From Escherichia coli (GTDB lineage: Bacteria; Pseudomonadota; Gammaproteobacteria; Enterobacterales; Enterobacteriaceae): DNA of 64,000 bases. The notes under the pieces are model-generated. The model searched no databases, was not told where the DNA came from, and saw only the letters and a list, made by a program, of their open reading frames with translations. The position numbers and the translations under genes are program-made. This document shows positions 58,682-64,000 of this stretch, in pieces. Location: NCBI RefSeq assembly GCF_036507355.1, contig NZ_AP027877.1. One strand, given 5' to 3'. Position 1 is the first letter of the stretch; each line of letters starts with the position of its first letter.

Positions 58682-59305
58682 ATGCTCGTCTATTGGCTGG
58701 ATATAGTCGGCACAGCGGTATTTGCCATCTCCGGCGTTTTGTTAGCCGGAAAATTGCGTATGGACCCTTTTGGTGTTCTGGTATTGGGCGTGGTTACCGC
58801 AGTAGGCGGCGGGACAATTCGCGACATGGCGCTGGATCACGGCCCGGTATTTTGGGTGAAAGATCCCACCGATCTGGTCGTTGCAATGGTAACCAGCATG
58901 CTGACCATCGTGCTGGTGCGCCAGCCAAGACGCTTACCAAAATGGATGTTGCCGGTGCTGGACGCCGTTGGTCTGGCGGTGTTTGTCGGCATTGGCGTGA
59001 ATAAAGCCTTTAATGCGGAAGCCGGTCCGTTAATCGCGGTTTGTATGGGCGTCATTACTGGCGTTGGCGGCGGGATCATTCGTGATGTTCTGGCCCGCGA
59101 AATCCCCATGATTTTACGTACAGAAATCTACGCAACAGCCTGTATTATCGGCGGTATTGTCCACGCTACGGCTTATTACACATTTTCCGTACCACTGGAA
59201 ACAGCCAGTATGATGGGCATGGTCGTGACGCTATTGATTCGGCTGGCGGCTATTCGTTGGCATCTTAAGCTACCGACGTTTGCGCTGGATGAGAATGGGC
59301 GTTGA
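58682..59305 (+). CDS. yadS: inner-membrane protein YadS (UPF0126)
   Basis: 207-aa hydrophobic ORF with internal duplication (GGGTIRD / GGGIIRD). Confidence 0.9.
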   Translation: MLVYWLDIVGTAVFAISGVLLAGKLRMDPFGVLVLGVVTAVGGGTIRDMALDHGPVFWVKDPTDLVVAMVTSMLTIVLVRQPRRLPKWMLPVLDAVGLAVFVGIGVNKAFNAEAGPLIAVCMGVITGVGGGIIRDVLAREIPMILRTEIYATACIIGGIVHATAYYTFSVPLETASMMGMVVTLLIRLAAIRWHLKLPTFALDENGR

Positions 59306-59315
59306 AGAGAGAAGA

Positions 59316-59340
59316 TGTGCCGGATAGTTTATCCGGCACA
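59316..59340. terminator. bidirectional terminator between convergent yadS and erpA
   Basis: Perfect hairpin tgtgccggata gtt tatccggcaca. Confidence 0.65.
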
Positions 59341-59351
59341 TGAACAACAGA

Positions 59352-59696
59352 TTAGATGCTAAAGGAAGAACCGCAACCGCAGGTGCTTTTCGCGTTCGGG
59401 TTGGTCACGATGAAACGAGAACCTTCCAGTCCTTCGGTATAGTCAACGGAACCGCCGACCAGATATTGCAGGCTCATCGGATCAACCACCAGGCCAACGC
59501 CCTGTTTTTCGATGGTCATATCGCCTTCGTTCACCTGATCATCAAAGGTGAAACCATACTGGAAGCCGCTGCAACCGCCACCGGTGATATACACGCGTAA
59601 TTTCAGATTCGGGTTATCTTCGTCAGCGATCAGGCTTTTAACTTTGTTGGCTGCTGCGTCGGTAAACTCCAGCGGCAGTGCTACGTCATCACTCAT
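59352..59696 (-). CDS. erpA: iron-sulfur cluster insertion protein ErpA (A-type carrier)
   Basis: 114-aa protein from [11 protein letters not shown]...; conserved Cys residues (GGGCSGFQY ... CGCGSSF); ORF track begins 11 codons upstream. Confidence 0.92.
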
Positions 59697-59777
59697 ATTT
59701 TGCTCCAAACGACATCGGCAATTGGGCAAATTCTAACCCAATAATAATCGCCATTATCTAATACCCTGGTATTTCGT

Positions 59778-61217
<1,440 letters not shown>

Positions 61218-61423
61218 TCATACAAATAAGATGACGGCATTTTACTCGCACGTTCCATGAAAATCCTTTGCAAAGCGTAATGTTTCAAATGCACAAAACT
61301 TTTATACTCTAAGAAATCAGGATTGCACCAGTACAAGCAGCCTGATGTTTGACGAGTATTTAACTTGTTATGAATAACATAGAATAGCAGCCATTCACTT
61401 TTTCTACGAATCAGGAACCCTCC

Positions 61424-62704
61424 ATGAGTAAGTCTGAAAATCTTTACAGCGCAGCGCGCGAGCTGATCCCTGGCGGTGTGAACTCCCCTGTTCGCGCCTT
61501 TACTGGCGTGGGCGGCACTCCACTGTTTATCGAAAAAGCGGACGGCGCTTATCTGTACGATGTTGATGGCAAAGCCTATATCGATTATGTCGGTTCCTGG
61601 GGGCCGATGGTGCTGGGCCATAACCATCCGGCGATCCGCAATGCCGTGATTGAAGCCGCCGAGCGTGGTTTAAGCTTTGGTGCACCAACCGAAATGGAAG
61701 TGAAAATGGCGCAACTGGTGACCGAACTGGTCCCGACCATGGATATGGTGCGCATGGTGAACTCCGGCACCGAGGCGACGATGAGCGCCATCCGCCTGGC
61801 CCGTGGTTTTACCGGTCGCGACAAAATTATTAAATTTGAAGGTTGTTACCACGGTCACGCTGACTGCCTGCTGGTAAAAGCCGGTTCTGGCGCACTCACG
61901 TTAGGCCAGCCAAACTCGCCGGGCGTTCCGGCAGATTTCGCCAAACATACCTTAACCTGTACTTATAACGATCTGGCTTCTGTACGCGCCGCGTTTGAGC
62001 AATACCCGCAAGAGATTGCCTGTATTATCGTCGAGCCGGTGGCAGGCAATATGAACTGTGTTCCGCCGCTGCCAGAGTTCCTGCCAGGTCTGCGTGCGCT
62101 GTGTGACGAATTTGGCGCATTGCTGATCATCGATGAAGTGATGACCGGTTTCCGCGTAGCGCTAGCTGGCGCACAGGATTATTACGGTGTGGAACCGGAT
62201 CTCACCTGCCTGGGCAAAATCATCGGCGGTGGAATGCCGGTAGGCGCATTCGGTGGTCGTCGTGATGTAATGGATGCGCTGGCCCCGACGGGTCCGGTCT
62301 ATCAGGCGGGTACGCTTTCCGGTAACCCGATTGCGATGGCAGCCGGTTTCGCCTGTCTGAATGAAGTCGCGCAGCCGGGCGTTCACGAAACGCTGGATGA
62401 GCTGACAACACGTCTGGCAGAAGGTCTGCTGGAAGCGGCAGAAGAAGCCGGAATTCCGCTGGTGGTAAACCACGTTGGCGGCATGTTCGGTATTTTCTTT
62501 ACCGACGCCGAGTCCGTGACGTGCTATCAGGATGTGATGGCCTGTGACGTCGAGCGTTTTAAGCGTTTCTTCCATATGATGTTGGATGAAGGTGTTTACC
62601 TGGCACCGTCAGCGTTTGAAGCGGGCTTTATGTCTGTGGCGCACAGCATGGAAGATATCAATAACACCATCGATGCTGCACGTCGGGTATTTGCGAAGTT
62701 GTGA
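61424..62704 (+). CDS. hemL: glutamate-1-semialdehyde 2,1-aminomutase
   Basis: 426-aa [29 protein letters not shown]...; PLP-lysine region LGKIIGGG. Confidence 0.97.
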   Translation: MSKSENLYSAARELIPGGVNSPVRAFTGVGGTPLFIEKADGAYLYDVDGKAYIDYVGSWGPMVLGHNHPAIRNAVIEAAERGLSFGAPTEMEVKMAQLVTELVPTMDMVRMVNSGTEATMSAIRLARGFTGRDKIIKFEGCYHGHADCLLVKAGSGALTLGQPNSPGVPADFAKHTLTCTYNDLASVRAAFEQYPQEIACIIVEPVAGNMNCVPPLPEFLPGLRALCDEFGALLIIDEVMTGFRVALAGAQDYYGVEPDLTCLGKIIGGGMPVGAFGGRRDVMDALAPTGPVYQAGTLSGNPIAMAAGFACLNEVAQPGVHETLDELTTRLAEGLLEAAEEAGIPLVVNHVGGMFGIFFTDAESVTCYQDVMACDVERFKRFFHMMLDEGVYLAPSAFEAGFMSVAHSMEDINNTIDAARRVFAKL

Positions 62705-62711
62705 TAATTTT

Positions 62712-62732
62712 GCCTCGCCCACCGGGCGAGGC
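62712..62732. terminator. bidirectional hairpin between convergent hemL and fhuB
   Basis: Inverted repeat gcctcgcccaccgggcgaggc. Confidence 0.6.
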
Positions 62733-62738
62733 ATTCTA

Positions 62739-64000
62739 TTAACGGCTCTGCTTTCTCAGCAAATAGATAAAATATGGCGCGCCGATAAAGGTCGACAGCA
62801 GCCCCGCCGGGATCTGGAATGGAAACAGCACCATCCGCCCACACCAGTCAGCGAACACCAGCAGTAAACCACCCACCAGCGCCGAAATTACGATGTGTGG
62901 CATCGTCCGTCGAAAGCCCATCATCCGCGCAATATGCGGTGCCATTAAACCCACAAAACTCAACGGTCCAATAGTCATCGTCGCGGTCGCCGTCAGGCAA
63001 GCCGCTAACAGCAGCAGCGCAATTCGCGTCGGCGTCAGCGCCATTCCTACGGCTCGGGCGGTATCACCACCCAGCGGTAAAATGGTCAGCCAGCGGCGGT
63101 ACAGCGGGGTAATCGCCAGCAAAATCACCATCACAATTCCGGTACGCCAGACCTGCGCATCGGTCGCGTTGTAGGTCGAACCGGAAATCCAGGTCAGCAC
63201 TTGCGCCATTCGCGGGTCCCCACTTGCCTGCAACATCATCAAAAGCATGGTGAACGCGGTACTTAACGCCATCCCCGCCAGTAACATGCGGTGTGGGGAA
63301 AATCCACCGCGCCCGGCGGCGATCATAATAATCAACAGCGTCACCGCGGCACCGATACTTCCCGCGGGTAACAGCCAGCCAAAAGCATTACCCGGTACCA
63401 GAAACAGCATCAGTACCACGCCAAACGCTGCGCCGGAGCTAATCCCCAGCACTTCCGGGCTTGCCATCGGGTTGCCGGTCAGTCGCTGAATAATACAGCC
63501 CGCCACCGCCAGCATGACGCCCGCAAACAGCGCCGCCATAATTCGCGGCCAGCGCCAGGGCATTAAATCCTCGAGCAACGCCCCGCTCGCCCACGTCCAG
63601 CCGTGCGCATCACGACCAAACGACAGCGCCACTACCACAGCCATCAACAGCAGCACGCCGCCCGCGAGGGCAAACGCCAGCACATGTTGGCGTTCAGCCG
63701 CGACACGATCGTTGACCTTCATATCCGGCGCGCTAATGCTGCGTAAACGCGGCAACAGCCACAGTAGCAGCGGCGCACCGATCAACGCAGTGACCGAACC
63801 GGTGGACACTTCCATCCACACGCGAGTCAGCCAGAGGATGATTTGATCGGAAAGCCAGAGGATCAGCGCACCAATCAGCGACGCCAGCATCAACCGTGGC
63901 AGCAGACGCCGCGCCCCCAGCATTTTTGCCAGCAGCGGCGCGAACAACCCGATAAAGCCGATAATCCCCACAGCGTTCACCAGCAGCGCACTGATGACAA
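62739..64000 (-). CDS. fhuB: ferric hydroxamate ABC transporter permease FhuB, C-terminal about two thirds; gene continues beyond window end
   Basis: Long hydrophobic ORF running off the window end; FecCD-type permease repeats; synteny next to hemL. Confidence 0.9.
   Translation of the reverse strand, partial: VISALLVNAVGIIGFIGLFAPLLAKMLGARRLLPRLMLASLIGALILWLSDQIILWLTRVWMEVSTGSVTALIGAPLLLWLLPRLRSISAPDMKVNDRVAAERQHVLAFALAGGVLLLMAVVVALSFGRDAHGWTWASGALLEDLMPWRWPRIMAALFAGVMLAVAGCIIQRLTGNPMASPEVLGISSGAAFGVVLMLFLVPGNAFGWLLPAGSIGAAVTLLIIMIAAGRGGFSPHRMLLAGMALSTAFTMLLMMLQASGDPRMAQVLTWISGSTYNATDAQVWRTGIVMVILLAITPLYRRWLTILPLGGDTARAVGMALTPTRIALLLLAACLTATATMTIGPLSFVGLMAPHIARMMGFRRTMPHIVISALVGGLLLVFADWCGRMVLFPFQIPAGLLSTFIGAPYFIYLLRKQSR

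Overview
This window is a conserved core-chromosome segment of Escherichia coli / Shigella, colinear with the E. coli K-12 fhuB-hemL ... dkgB-gloB-yafS region (roughly minutes 4-5) but presented in the opposite orientation. I recognise about 60 housekeeping genes from their translations. They include the complete rrnH-type ribosomal RNA operon (16S, tRNA-Ile, tRNA-Ala, 23S, 5S, tRNA-Asp, all on the minus strand) with its tandem P1/P2 promoters, the metNIQ transporter, proS, the bamA-skp-lpxD-fabZ-lpxA-lpxB-rnhB-dnaE-accA envelope/replication cluster, the rpsB-tsf-pyrH-frr-dxr-uppS-cdsA-rseP cluster, glnD, dapD, degP, dgt, mtn, btuF, clcA and hemL. The only accessory DNA I can support is a single intact IS3-family insertion sequence (IS600-like, about 1.26 kb, flanked by a 3-bp CTT duplication) that splits the lipoprotein gene yaeF into two fragments; this points to a Shigella-type or IS-rich E. 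coli background. I did not find a CRISPR array, prophage, integron, defence island or any other novel multi-gene system, and gene lengths and intergenic spacings match the K-12 layout almost base for base. The one other possible difference is that cdaR appears about 16 codons shorter than the K-12 protein as I recall it. Gene identities rest on my recognition of the translated ORFs and conserved synteny, not on a database search. Start codons were checked by frame arithmetic against the ORF track, which evidently also reports GTG/TTG starts as M. Coordinates of RNA genes, IS ends and regulatory sites were read by hand and may be off by 1-2 nt.
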